A DNA stretch of 25,227 nucleotides from contig JAKJGA010000009.1 in NCBI GenBank assembly GCA_022704645.1, forward strand, positions 1-25,227, read 5' to 3'. Of this stretch, positions 17,764 through 25,227 are shown one piece after another; within the stretch, counting starts at the first letter, position 1; each line of letters begins with the position of its first letter. Source of the stretch: Spirochaetota bacterium. GTDB taxonomy: Bacteria > Spirochaetota > UBA4802 > JAFGJZ01. A program made the position numbers and the translations under genes. The notes under the pieces were generated by a model. It worked only from the letters and a program-made list of their open reading frames with translations, was not told where the DNA came from and did not search any database.

Positions 17764-19308
17764 ATGTCTGCTGATAACAATATAAAGAAACCTTCTCTTC
17801 AGAAAATTGAGGAAGTAACGGAAGTACTAAACACTCTTCTTGAAAACAGTTCCTTTCTATCTGAAGTGCCTGATGAAAAGAGAATAGCACTTATAAAGGC
17901 CGCGGGAAAATTGTCCCGTCCTGATATAAATGATGACAGAAAAAGAAAAAAAGAAGCGAAGATTAATAGAAAGAAAGAAAAGAGAAAAGAAGTCCGTTCG
18001 GCAAATGCCGCGACCGGAATCAGAAGCGCAAGAGAATCCTCTGTGTTTTCAGCTCCCTTGCAGATTGAACTTTCTGACAGCAGCAAATTCATAAAAAAAT
18101 TATCTTCACCGAAAACATGTTATATCTGCGATAAAGAATATTTTGATCTTCATTTTTTCTATGATTCCATGTGTCCGGAATGTGCGGAACTGAATTATTC
18201 GAAAAGATTTCAGTCGGCAGACTTGAGAGGGAAAACCGCTCTAATAACAGGTTCTCGTCTAAAGATAGGCTATCACGCAGCTCTGATGCTTCTGCGTGCG
18301 GGAGCCCGTGTAATTGCTACAACACGGTTTCCGGCTGATTCGGCTTTGAGGTATTCGAAAGAAAAAGATTTTCATGAATGGAAAGACCGTCTTCATGTTT
18401 ACGGTCTTGATCTCAGACATACTCCGAGCGTTGAAATTTTCTGCAGTTATGTTGAATCGAATTATGACCGGATGGATATACTGATAAACAATGCCGCGCA
18501 GACAGTGCGCCGCCCTCCGGGATTTTATGCGCATCTTCTTGAAAATGAAATGAAATCTGCAGCTGAACTTCATGCTGATGCGGCTCTTCTTCTTTCGCAT
18601 TATCACGATTGTACCGGAAGACTGAATGCTTTTTCTAAAATAGCTTCTGCAGAAGAAAAAAACATTCCGGTAAAATGGGAAGAAAAAAATCCCGGAATCG
18701 GTCTGAGAGCTCCGGCAAAGCTTTCGCAGATTCCTTATGCCTATGATTATTCTCCTGATTCTGAAGCTGTTTTCCCGACAGGGAAGCTCGATGCCGACCT
18801 GCAGCAGGTTGATCTGCGCACGGTAAACAGCTGGCGTCTCCGGCTTGGCGAAATTCCGACGTCTGAAATGCTTGAACTTCAGCTTGTAAATGCGGTTGCG
18901 CCTTTTGTTCTCTGTAACCGCTTATCGGAAATGATGAAACGCGATTTTACCGGACAAAAACATATTGTAAATGTTTCTGCAATGGAAGGAAAATTTCACA
19001 GGTTCACGAAAATTGACCGTCATCCGCACACTAACATGGCTAAGGCGGCATTAAATATGCTGACTCACACTTCCGCATCCGGTCTTGCAAAATTCGGAAT
19101 TTATATGAATGCCGTTGACACAGGCTGGGTAACGGATGAGGATCCGGCTCATTTATCGGAATTAAAAAAGGAACTGCATGATTTTCAGCCGCCGCTTGAT
19201 ATAGTTGACGGAGCCGCGCGTGTCTTGGATCCGCTTTTCGACGGTATAAACACCGGAAAACACTGGTGCGGTAAATTTCTGAAAGATTATTTTCCGATCG
19301 ACTGGTGA
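17764..19308 (+). CDS. Atypical SDR-fold oxidoreductase with an N-terminal basic region and a C4 zinc ribbon
   Basis: 514 aa. K/R-rich tract ([22 protein letters not shown]). CxxC-x14-CxxC ([22 protein letters not shown]). SDR Rossmann motifs ([13 protein letters not shown]; ILINNAAQT). The catalytic Ser context NVSAMEG is present, but the canonical YxxxK is replaced by HPHTNMAK. Confidence 0.65.
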   Translation: MSADNNIKKPSLQKIEEVTEVLNTLLENSSFLSEVPDEKRIALIKAAGKLSRPDINDDRKRKKEAKINRKKEKRKEVRSANAATGIRSARESSVFSAPLQIELSDSSKFIKKLSSPKTCYICDKEYFDLHFFYDSMCPECAELNYSKRFQSADLRGKTALITGSRLKIGYHAALMLLRAGARVIATTRFPADSALRYSKEKDFHEWKDRLHVYGLDLRHTPSVEIFCSYVESNYDRMDILINNAAQTVRRPPGFYAHLLENEMKSAAELHADAALLLSHYHDCTGRLNAFSKIASAEEKNIPVKWEEKNPGIGLRAPAKLSQIPYAYDYSPDSEAVFPTGKLDADLQQVDLRTVNSWRLRLGEIPTSEMLELQLVNAVAPFVLCNRLSEMMKRDFTGQKHIVNVSAMEGKFHRFTKIDRHPHTNMAKAALNMLTHTSASGLAKFGIYMNAVDTGWVTDEDPAHLSELKKELHDFQPPLDIVDGAARVLDPLFDGINTGKHWCGKFLKDYFPIDW

Positions 19309-19309
19309 A

Positions 19310-19711
19310 TCACGAAAGTCCGGCTCTTTGCAGGTATATTCCCATTTTTTTGTCAGTCTCCAGGATATGATTGATAAGCCATTTTTTTAAAAATTCAAAA
19401 AGTTCAATATCTATATCCTTTTTGCCTAAGGAATATTCTTCCAAAAACTGTTCAACCTGATAAGTCAGTTTGATATGTTCGTCGTGATGCTGGTCGTATT
19501 CCTGATAGTGATATTTTTGCATGTAACGTTCTTCAGCTGTAAAATGATATTTGGTGTAGCTGACAAGTTCAAAAAGGAGATTTTTCAGATAAACTCTGTT
19601 TTCATTACGTGTCATTGAATTGTGTAGTTCAGTGATTATACGGATTAATTCTTTATGGTGACCGTCAAACTGTTCAATGCCGACACTTAATGACTGATCC
19701 CATACTATCAT
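19310..19711 (-). CDS. Bacteriohemerythrin
   Basis: 133 aa. MIVWDQSLSVGIEQFDGHHKELIRII plus His/Glu ligands spaced as in hemerythrins (HF..EE..M, HDEH, H..ETD). The start overlaps the GGDEF stop as ATGA. Confidence 0.8.
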   Translation of the reverse strand: MIVWDQSLSVGIEQFDGHHKELIRIITELHNSMTRNENRVYLKNLLFELVSYTKYHFTAEERYMQKYHYQEYDQHHDEHIKLTYQVEQFLEEYSLGKKDIDIELFEFLKKWLINHILETDKKMGIYLQRAGLS

Positions 19712-20613
19712 ATAGTGAGCCTGTTTTTCCCGTTTTTCTTGCTTTCATAAAGTTTAGTATCTGCATTTTTAATAAGATCGTCAATGCTAAGATCATCTGC
19801 GATCAATGAGGCTCCAAGAGAAACCGTAAAAAAAATAGTTTTCTGCTTTTCTACCTGGAGAAAAGTATTAGCAACGAGTATCCGTATACGTTCTCCTATT
19901 TCTTTAAGAATTTGAAAGTCGCAGTTCGGAATTACTGCGATAAATTCTTCTCCTCCCCATCGAACAAGTGCATCGAGTTTTCGTAAAGAGTTCATCGCGC
20001 TTTGTGATATTGCCCGGAGAACTGAGTCTCCGGTATCATGTCCGTAAGTATCATTGAATTTTTTAAAATCATCTATATCTAAATATATTATTCCGTATTT
20101 TGTTCCATATTTTTTGAATTTGTGATGAAGCTGTTCAAGAATCATTTCTCCATAATGCCGGTTTCCCATTCCGGTAAGAGAGTCTAAGTATACATCTTTT
20201 CTTAAAAGCTGAAGTTCTTCGATCATTGAGTGCTGGCTGGTTATCTCAGAAAAAAATTCTACACCGCCGGAAATGTTTCCCTCAGAAGAACGTATTGGAA
20301 TTACTTTTACATGAATGGGGATTCTGTGTCCAAGCTTATGGTGAACATAGACATTTGCTGAGACTTGATTTCCGGATAAAATAGATTCCTGAAGGGGGCA
20401 TCCTTCAAGACAAAGAATTTTTCCAGAGTCGTCTATATGCCGGAGAATGTCATCTGAGCATTTGCTGCCAACAACTTCATCTCTCGAAAAGCCTGTGATG
20501 CGTTCAGCTCCGGAATTCCAGAAAGTTATTTGCCGCTCAATGTTTGTGAAGTAAACACCATCAGAGATCCCTTCTAAAATTTCAAACAGGAGATCATTAT
20601 CCATTGTTTGCAT
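19708..20613 (-). CDS. PAS-GGDEF diguanylate cyclase
   Basis: N-terminal PAS. GGDEF domain with an intact RWGGEEF active-site motif and an upstream RxxD-like I-site region. Confidence 0.85.
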   Translation of the reverse strand: MQTMDNDLLFEILEGISDGVYFTNIERQITFWNSGAERITGFSRDEVVGSKCSDDILRHIDDSGKILCLEGCPLQESILSGNQVSANVYVHHKLGHRIPIHVKVIPIRSSEGNISGGVEFFSEITSQHSMIEELQLLRKDVYLDSLTGMGNRHYGEMILEQLHHKFKKYGTKYGIIYLDIDDFKKFNDTYGHDTGDSVLRAISQSAMNSLRKLDALVRWGGEEFIAVIPNCDFQILKEIGERIRILVANTFLQVEKQKTIFFTVSLGASLIADDLSIDDLIKNADTKLYESKKNGKNRLTI

Positions 20614-20757
20614 TATTATCCTCTGAAAAACTTAGAGTATCACAGGAAAATATTAATATCAAGCGGATTATGCTTTTTTTCGTGAAATGGGAATATGGTC
20701 TTATTTCGGATTTTTTTTATAGACTTATTAACCGGTAATTAAAACATTGCAAGTATT

Positions 20758-20860
20758 CAACCGTCCTCGAAATGGGGAAGTCCGTGAGAACCGGACACAG
20801 TCGCGCTACGGTAACGGGTAGATTTCAATCATATCCGGAGTCCGAATACCATGACGGTTG
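20758..20860 (+). promoter_or_regulatory. Cobalamin (B12) riboswitch aptamer
   Basis: P1 stem CAACCGTC (20758-65) pairs with GACGGTTG (20853-60). Core GGGAAGUCCGUGAGAACCGGACACAGUCGCGCUACGGUAACGGG parallels GGGAAUCCAGUGCGAAUCUGGAGCUGACGCGCAGCGGUAAGG of the E. coli btuB leader. B12-box-like GAGUCCGAAUACCAUGAC. The reverse complement has none of these features. Confidence 0.65.
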
Positions 20861-21017
20861 TTCAATTTTTGTCGCGTAAACAAAAAGGGGATACCATGCC
20901 AAAAATCGAACCGCTCTGTTTTCGCATAATCTTTAAGTACAAAGACCAATTTGCTGATCAATTTTGTTGAATCAGCTGAAAGGGGTTTTTGAATATATGC
21001 GATTGCAGGAGAAAATA

Positions 21018-22484
21018 ATGAAAAAGACTTTAGCTTTGTCTCTATTTGTGCTGACTACAGCGCTTAGTATGGGATGCGATGAGCAGAACTACGGAAAAGA
21101 TCCCGAGTCATTAGCAAGGATAGTTTTATTCGAAATAGAAGGAGATAGTCCGACTACTTCACCTGATATTTCATTTTCTATCGAAACGGAAGGAGAAGTT
21201 ACCGGTTATCTTATTCATGAAAAAAAACCGGAAGATGACAATCAATCTATAATGCCGTTAAGGGATGACCCTAGGTGGCAAACTGAGAAACCATCTCATT
21301 ATATTTTGCAGGACAAAGAAAGATACGGTTCACGGGTTTTGTATCTTTTTATAAAGGATAAAAATTCGGTACTTGCTGAAAGAAAATCGATTACAGTAAA
21401 TTATCAAAATGCTAATCCTGCTTTTTCTTACATAAAAACAAATTTTGCCGGAGGATTTGTAATTGATCCGACAATAGCTGTTTACAGCAAAACAATGTAT
21501 GTCGCCTGCGGTGTATATATTTCTGAAAAATATTCTTCATCAAGAACAAAATATTCGCCATTGGTATTAAAGTCTGAAGATTCGGGGGAAACCTGGGAAA
21601 CAATTTATACCTCTTCTGACAAGGCTATGTTTACATCAATTACGACAGATGATTCGGGAAATGTTTATCTTGCAATGAGGAGTGCTGCTGTAGGCGGGAA
21701 ACTCGTAGTGCTTAAATACAGCGGATCAGGTTCATCTTGGAGCTATCTTGGTTCAGCTGAAGGAATTTCTTCCGATACCGCAAACTATGTCAGCATTAAA
21801 ATTCATAACGGCAAGATATACGCTGCTTGTAAAGATTATGGTTTAGGCGGAGCTGTTGTTTACATGTGTTCCCTGAAAACAGGTGTTTGGGAAGCACTTG
21901 GAAATTCCGTTGCCAGCGAGGGTGATGCCTCTGATATTGATCTTTTAGTTTCAGAATCCGGAACTGTTTACATTTCATATTGTGACGAATCTTTCAGCAG
22001 AAAAACTTCAATAAGATATTATGATTCTGTGTCGGGATGGAAATATCTGGGCAGCAGGGGAATTTCTTCTGATATAGGCACATATCCTAAACTCGCGGAA
22101 ACTGATGAAGGGATTGCTGTTTTATACAGAGACGGAACAATTAATTCAAAGCCTGCAGTCAAACTTTTCAAAAATGGAAACTGGAAAGATTTAGGTTCCC
22201 TGCCATGTTATGGAAACATGTCTTCTACTAACGGAGAGCTGGTTTTCTGTCAGGGTTCTTTGTTTGCCTTTTTCAAAGAAGAAGTTGGAGGAGGAAGCCT
22301 TAGATGTTCCTGCATGAAATATTTTTCCGGAAAATGGAATTACATCGGAGGACAGGGTTTCTCGTCTTATTCAGTCGATTATTTAAATGCAATAAGCAAT
22401 GAGAATTGCATTTATCTTGTATTTAAGGACTGGGGTGGAAGTGAAAATTATACATACGGATTATCTTTGGTAAAGTTCTATTAA
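21018..22484 (+). CDS. Lipoprotein with an N-terminal beta-rich domain and an about 7-bladed beta-propeller-like repeat domain (function unknown; candidate B12-associated surface protein)
   Basis: Start ATG 21018 has AGGAG 6 nt upstream; the TTG-extended ORF from 20964 is unlikely. Signal MKKTLALSLFVLTTALSMGC. About seven tandem ~45-50-aa repeats follow, each with a hydrophobic strand (VYLAM / IYAAC / VYISY / IAVLY / LFAFF / IYLVF) and a W-x-x-L/I-G motif (SWSYLG, VWEALG, GWKYLG, NWKDLG, KWNYIG). Confidence 0.7.
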   Translation: MKKTLALSLFVLTTALSMGCDEQNYGKDPESLARIVLFEIEGDSPTTSPDISFSIETEGEVTGYLIHEKKPEDDNQSIMPLRDDPRWQTEKPSHYILQDKERYGSRVLYLFIKDKNSVLAERKSITVNYQNANPAFSYIKTNFAGGFVIDPTIAVYSKTMYVACGVYISEKYSSSRTKYSPLVLKSEDSGETWETIYTSSDKAMFTSITTDDSGNVYLAMRSAAVGGKLVVLKYSGSGSSWSYLGSAEGISSDTANYVSIKIHNGKIYAACKDYGLGGAVVYMCSLKTGVWEALGNSVASEGDASDIDLLVSESGTVYISYCDESFSRKTSIRYYDSVSGWKYLGSRGISSDIGTYPKLAETDEGIAVLYRDGTINSKPAVKLFKNGNWKDLGSLPCYGNMSSTNGELVFCQGSLFAFFKEEVGGGSLRCSCMKYFSGKWNYIGGQGFSSYSVDYLNAISNENCIYLVFKDWGGSENYTYGLSLVKFY

Positions 22485-22496
22485 ATCAAAGAAAAT

Positions 22497-23681
22497 TCAT
22501 ATTATAATATAATCATGTGGTGCGGGAGTAATTATTTCCGCACCGTCTTTTTTAACCAGTACAGTATCTTCAATTCCGACGACGCCGATTCCTTCGAGTG
22601 AAACTTTAGGTTCAATAGCGATTGTCATATCTTCTGTTATTTCATATTTCATTTTCGGAGCGAGAAACGGAGGTTCATCTAGAAGAAGTCCAACTCCGTG
22701 ACCTACGAAACGAACCTTGTCGGAACCGAGTCCCATGAACTCCTTTGAATAACCGAATTCAGAAGCTCTTTTTTCAGCGTGAAAATAAATATCTTCCCAT
22801 ATCGCTCCGGGTTTTATCATGGAAATGATTTCTTTATGAATTGTCAGCATAGCCTCGTATGCTTTTTTTACTTTATCGGCCGGTTTTCCAATGCTTGCCA
22901 TTCTTGTGATGTCAAGATGGTAACCTTCGAGAATGAATGCATAATCAAAAATAATAGGATCATGTTCCCTGATTACGTCATTGGATGCTCCGAAAGGATT
23001 GGCATGAGAAACACCTTTTCCTGAACAGATTCCGTCAAATTTATTTCCTGAGAGCGTGTTAATTCCGGATGAACATACGCCTGGAGAAACTACGAGAGCT
23101 TCCTGTTTGCTGTTGAGTCCGCTTGATTTGTTCAACCGGAAATAATTTTCTATGAAAAGACTGATTTCTAGTTCTGTCATTCCTATAACGAAATTTTCTT
23201 TTACTATTTCGGGAATTCTCGCTGCAATTTTGCCGCCTTGCAGCATAATTTCTATTTCTGCAGGGCTTTTTCTTGTTCTGATAAATCTTGCATCCCAGGA
23301 AAGATCATACGGTAAAGCTGAAGGAGAAAGTTTCATGATTCTTTCGACTGATGAATATGATGTTGAATCAAGAGTAAATCCGATTTTTGATGCAGCATCA
23401 AGTTTTCTGTCTGACCAGATCTTTTTGAGATCAGTGCTTCCTGCAAAGAAAAGAGTCTCAATATGCGAAACGCTTTCTCTGAGCTTTTGATCTCCCTTTC
23501 TCGCAAGAATAAAAGCGTCGCCTTCTGCCGGAATGACGAGATAAAGCGGAATGACCGAACCTGAATAATAGTAAAGTTCAGACGGCTGGTTGAAAACGGC
23601 GGCAGAGATTCCTTTGCCGGAAAGAAAATTTTTAATGATGTTTAGGCGGTCAGAAAATTCAGAATCGGTAAATGTAAACAT
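22497..23681 (-). CDS. M24-family metallopeptidase (Xaa-Pro aminopeptidase / prolidase-like)
   Basis: 394 aa. Creatinase-like N-domain and pita-bread fold C-domain with the His motif VGHGVGLLLDEPPFL and downstream Glu ligands (IAIEP, GIED). Confidence 0.8.
   Translation of the reverse strand: MFTFTDSEFSDRLNIIKNFLSGKGISAAVFNQPSELYYYSGSVIPLYLVIPAEGDAFILARKGDQKLRESVSHIETLFFAGSTDLKKIWSDRKLDAASKIGFTLDSTSYSSVERIMKLSPSALPYDLSWDARFIRTRKSPAEIEIMLQGGKIAARIPEIVKENFVIGMTELEISLFIENYFRLNKSSGLNSKQEALVVSPGVCSSGINTLSGNKFDGICSGKGVSHANPFGASNDVIREHDPIIFDYAFILEGYHLDITRMASIGKPADKVKKAYEAMLTIHKEIISMIKPGAIWEDIYFHAEKRASEFGYSKEFMGLGSDKVRFVGHGVGLLLDEPPFLAPKMKYEITEDMTIAIEPKVSLEGIGVVGIEDTVLVKKDGAEIITPAPHDYIII
22519..22553 (+). 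terminator. Putative rho-independent terminator for the lipoprotein gene, embedded in the 3' end of the convergent peptidase gene
   Basis: GGTGCGG - 12-nt loop - CCGCACC followed by GTCTTTTTT, 35 nt after the stop at 22484. Confidence 0.4.
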
Positions 23682-23829
23682 AACAGCCTCTATAATCAGT
23701 AAAATTCAAAAGAAAAAACTGTCAATAATTAGTTTAACGGTATGGTATAGTGAAAAACAAAAATGACTAAATATATCTATTGATGTGAGTTTTTGTTAAA
23801 AAGATTTAAACACAGCAAAGAAAATATTG

Positions 23830-24582
23830 TCATCTCTTGAGCTTGCAGATGTAATTAACCATAACCGTTTCATCAATTGGTTTTTCAAAAGTATAGTCCC
23901 CGAATACTGTAATCAGTTCAAGCGGTGATCTCTCAATTGCCGAAAGTATTTCATTTTCGCTGTGAATTCTCTGAAGATGTTCTTCTGTGGTGTCTTTATT
24001 TTCATCCAGAAAGCGAAGCTTTGATGTGATTATGCGCTTTTTCTTGTCATAGACGTTCTCCCATTTGATATAACAGCCTTTATGATAGTAGTCGCTTCTC
24101 TGTTTGTCAAAGTTGCTGAGTATATTATACTCCGTTGTTGAATCAAAAATAAAAATGCTGTTCTGATGCATGCTTGCGGCTGCGTTTTCCAATAATAGCT
24201 CGACATGTTTCATATCTAGAATATAGTTTAATGTATCATGAACACAGAAAATGAAATCGAATTTTTTCTTAAATGAAAATTTAGAAGCATCTGCGCATAC
24301 GAGCTTGAAATTTTTTTTTGCCCTTTTCCGTGCAGATAGAAGCATTTCGAGAGAATAGTCAACTCCGATTATATTGTAACCTTCAGAAGAAAATTTCGCC
24401 CCGAATTTTCCTGTTCCGCATCCTATTTCCAGAACGCTTTCTGCTTGCGGGTTGTATGTAAGCATTAATTCTTTAAGATAATGAAACCATTCTTCATAGT
24501 CTATGTCTTTTAAGACATAGTCGTAATGTTCTGCGAAATCTGTGTATTTTTCTTTTTTGGTGCTCATACTTGCTTTTATCAT
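23830..24582 (-). CDS. Class I SAM-dependent methyltransferase
   Basis: Motif I VLEIGCGTGKFG and the acidic motif II IIGVDYS. 250 aa. An alternative start 5 codons downstream (MSTKK) is possible. Confidence 0.8.
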   Translation of the reverse strand: MIKASMSTKKEKYTDFAEHYDYVLKDIDYEEWFHYLKELMLTYNPQAESVLEIGCGTGKFGAKFSSEGYNIIGVDYSLEMLLSARKRAKKNFKLVCADASKFSFKKKFDFIFCVHDTLNYILDMKHVELLLENAAASMHQNSIFIFDSTTEYNILSNFDKQRSDYYHKGCYIKWENVYDKKKRIITSKLRFLDENKDTTEEHLQRIHSENEILSAIERSPLELITVFGDYTFEKPIDETVMVNYICKLKR

Positions 24583-24586
24583 CAGT

Positions 24587-24618
24587 TATCCGCTTTTTTT
24601 ACTTATAAAAGCGGATAA
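24587..24618. terminator. Perfect 12-bp hairpin between the MBL hydrolase and methyltransferase genes (possible terminator or processing site)
   Basis: TTATCCGCTTTT - 8-nt loop - AAAAGCGGATAA. It sits in the 49-bp gap between two same-strand genes. There is no clean U-tract on either side. Confidence 0.35.
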
Positions 24619-24631
24619 GCTTTATAAAGAA

Positions 24632-25227
24632 TTACCGGTAATTTTTATTCTTAATATAAGGATTATTTTCTTTTTCGTAGCCAATTGATGTTTTATCTCC
24701 GTGTCCGGGATAGACTGTATAATTTTCCGGAAGGGTTAAAAGAACTTCATTTATTGATTTCATCAAAACAGATAAATTTCCCCCGAATAGATCTGTTCTT
24801 CCAATGCTTTGAAGAAAAAGAACATCTCCGGAAAAAATTGAAGATTCGATTACAAATGAAAATGAACCCTGAGAATGGCCGGGCGTATGAAGAGGTTCAA
24901 TTTTTAAACCGGCTACTTCGATTTCTTCTTTGTGCCGAATCACTTTGTTTATTTCAACCGGTTTCGGAGACGGAAGGGCAAACATTCTTGCCTGAAATGT
25001 AAGATTTGCCAGAAGATCGGTATCATCCTTTCCCATATATACGTCAGGATTGCCATATGCATCTCTGATATCATTTACTCCGGCAACATGATCTATGTGC
25101 GCGTGAGTCAACAGAATCGCTTCAACTGAAAGCTTGTTTGTATCTATATGATTTCTGATTTCGGAGCAGTCGTGACCGGGATCAATTATTATTGAAGAAT
25201 TGCCGTTTACTAACAGATAAGAATTTA
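24632..25227 (-). CDS. MBL-fold metallo-hydrolase (hydroxyacylglutathione hydrolase-like), 5' end outside the window
   Basis: The listed ORF starts at MTHAHIDH, but the frame stays open upstream to the window edge and encodes ...IIIDPGHDCSEIRNHIDTNKLSVEAILLTHAHIDHVAG. The HxHxDH motif needs that upstream region, so the true start is beyond 25227. Confidence 0.75.
   Translation of the reverse strand, partial: NSYLLVNGNSSIIIDPGHDCSEIRNHIDTNKLSVEAILLTHAHIDHVAGVNDIRDAYGNPDVYMGKDDTDLLANLTFQARMFALPSPKPVEINKVIRHKEEIEVAGLKIEPLHTPGHSQGSFSFVIESSIFSGDVLFLQSIGRTDLFGGNLSVLMKSINEVLLTLPENYTVYPGHGDKTSIGYEKENNPYIKNKNYR

Noticed and set aside
20614-20757. CRISPR array, tRNA or mobile-element remnant in the long AT-rich leader before the riboswitch
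   Set aside because: There are no direct repeats, no tRNA-like T-arm (GTTCGA) signature and no IS-like ORFs. The only possible regulatory signal is weak promoter-like AT-rich sequence that I could not pin down.
24587-24618. The 12-bp inverted repeat as a terminal inverted repeat of a mobile element
   Set aside because: Its arms are separated by only 8 nt (a hairpin, not element ends). There is no transposase and no second copy in the window.

Overview
This is a low-GC (roughly 35-40%) bacterial chromosomal segment, tightly packed with housekeeping and signalling genes. There are no rRNA or tRNA genes, no CRISPR array and no obvious mobile element. The gene content (CarD/CdnL, YacL-type PIN-TRAM, HtrA, PBP1A, HisKA_2 sensor kinase, hemerythrin plus GGDEF, DUF1566 lipoprotein, loose spirochaete-style lipoboxes) suggests a spirochaete-like (Treponema-like) organism, but this is inference only.

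The minus-strand block (about 2.0-8.5 kb) reads, in transcription order: a degenerate SDR-like protein, HtrA, a small membrane protein, PBP1A, CarD, YacL and an Isf-like flavoprotein. The plus-strand genes are an SPFH/SHOCT protein, TtcA, signal peptidase I, a gamma-carbonic anhydrase and a secreted GH18-like protein. The rest comprises a Dabb protein, a large DUF1566 lipoprotein, an orphan sensor kinase with a periplasmic solute-binding domain followed by DUF3820 and a zinc-ribbon atypical SDR, and a translationally coupled PAS-GGDEF/hemerythrin pair. At the right end are an M24 peptidase, a SAM methyltransferase and an MBL-fold hydrolase that runs off the window edge.

The most interesting element is in the 400-bp gap at 20.6-21.0 kb. 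I read a plus-strand cobalamin (B12) riboswitch aptamer there: an 8-bp P1 stem enclosing a core that matches the conserved cobalamin riboswitch core (segment-by-segment comparison is in the findings). It sits about 160 nt upstream of a 488-aa lipoprotein built from about seven tandem ~45-50-aa repeats that each end in W-x-x-L-G, which looks like a 7-bladed beta-propeller. A B12-riboswitch-controlled surface propeller lipoprotein, with no adjacent BtuB or BtuCDF genes, is a candidate undescribed cobalamin-capture factor.

A second regulatory feature is a pair of overlapping 16-bp perfect palindromes upstream of a TetR regulator. That regulator sits between a divergent GNAT acetyltransferase and a co-directional isochorismatase-family hydrolase.
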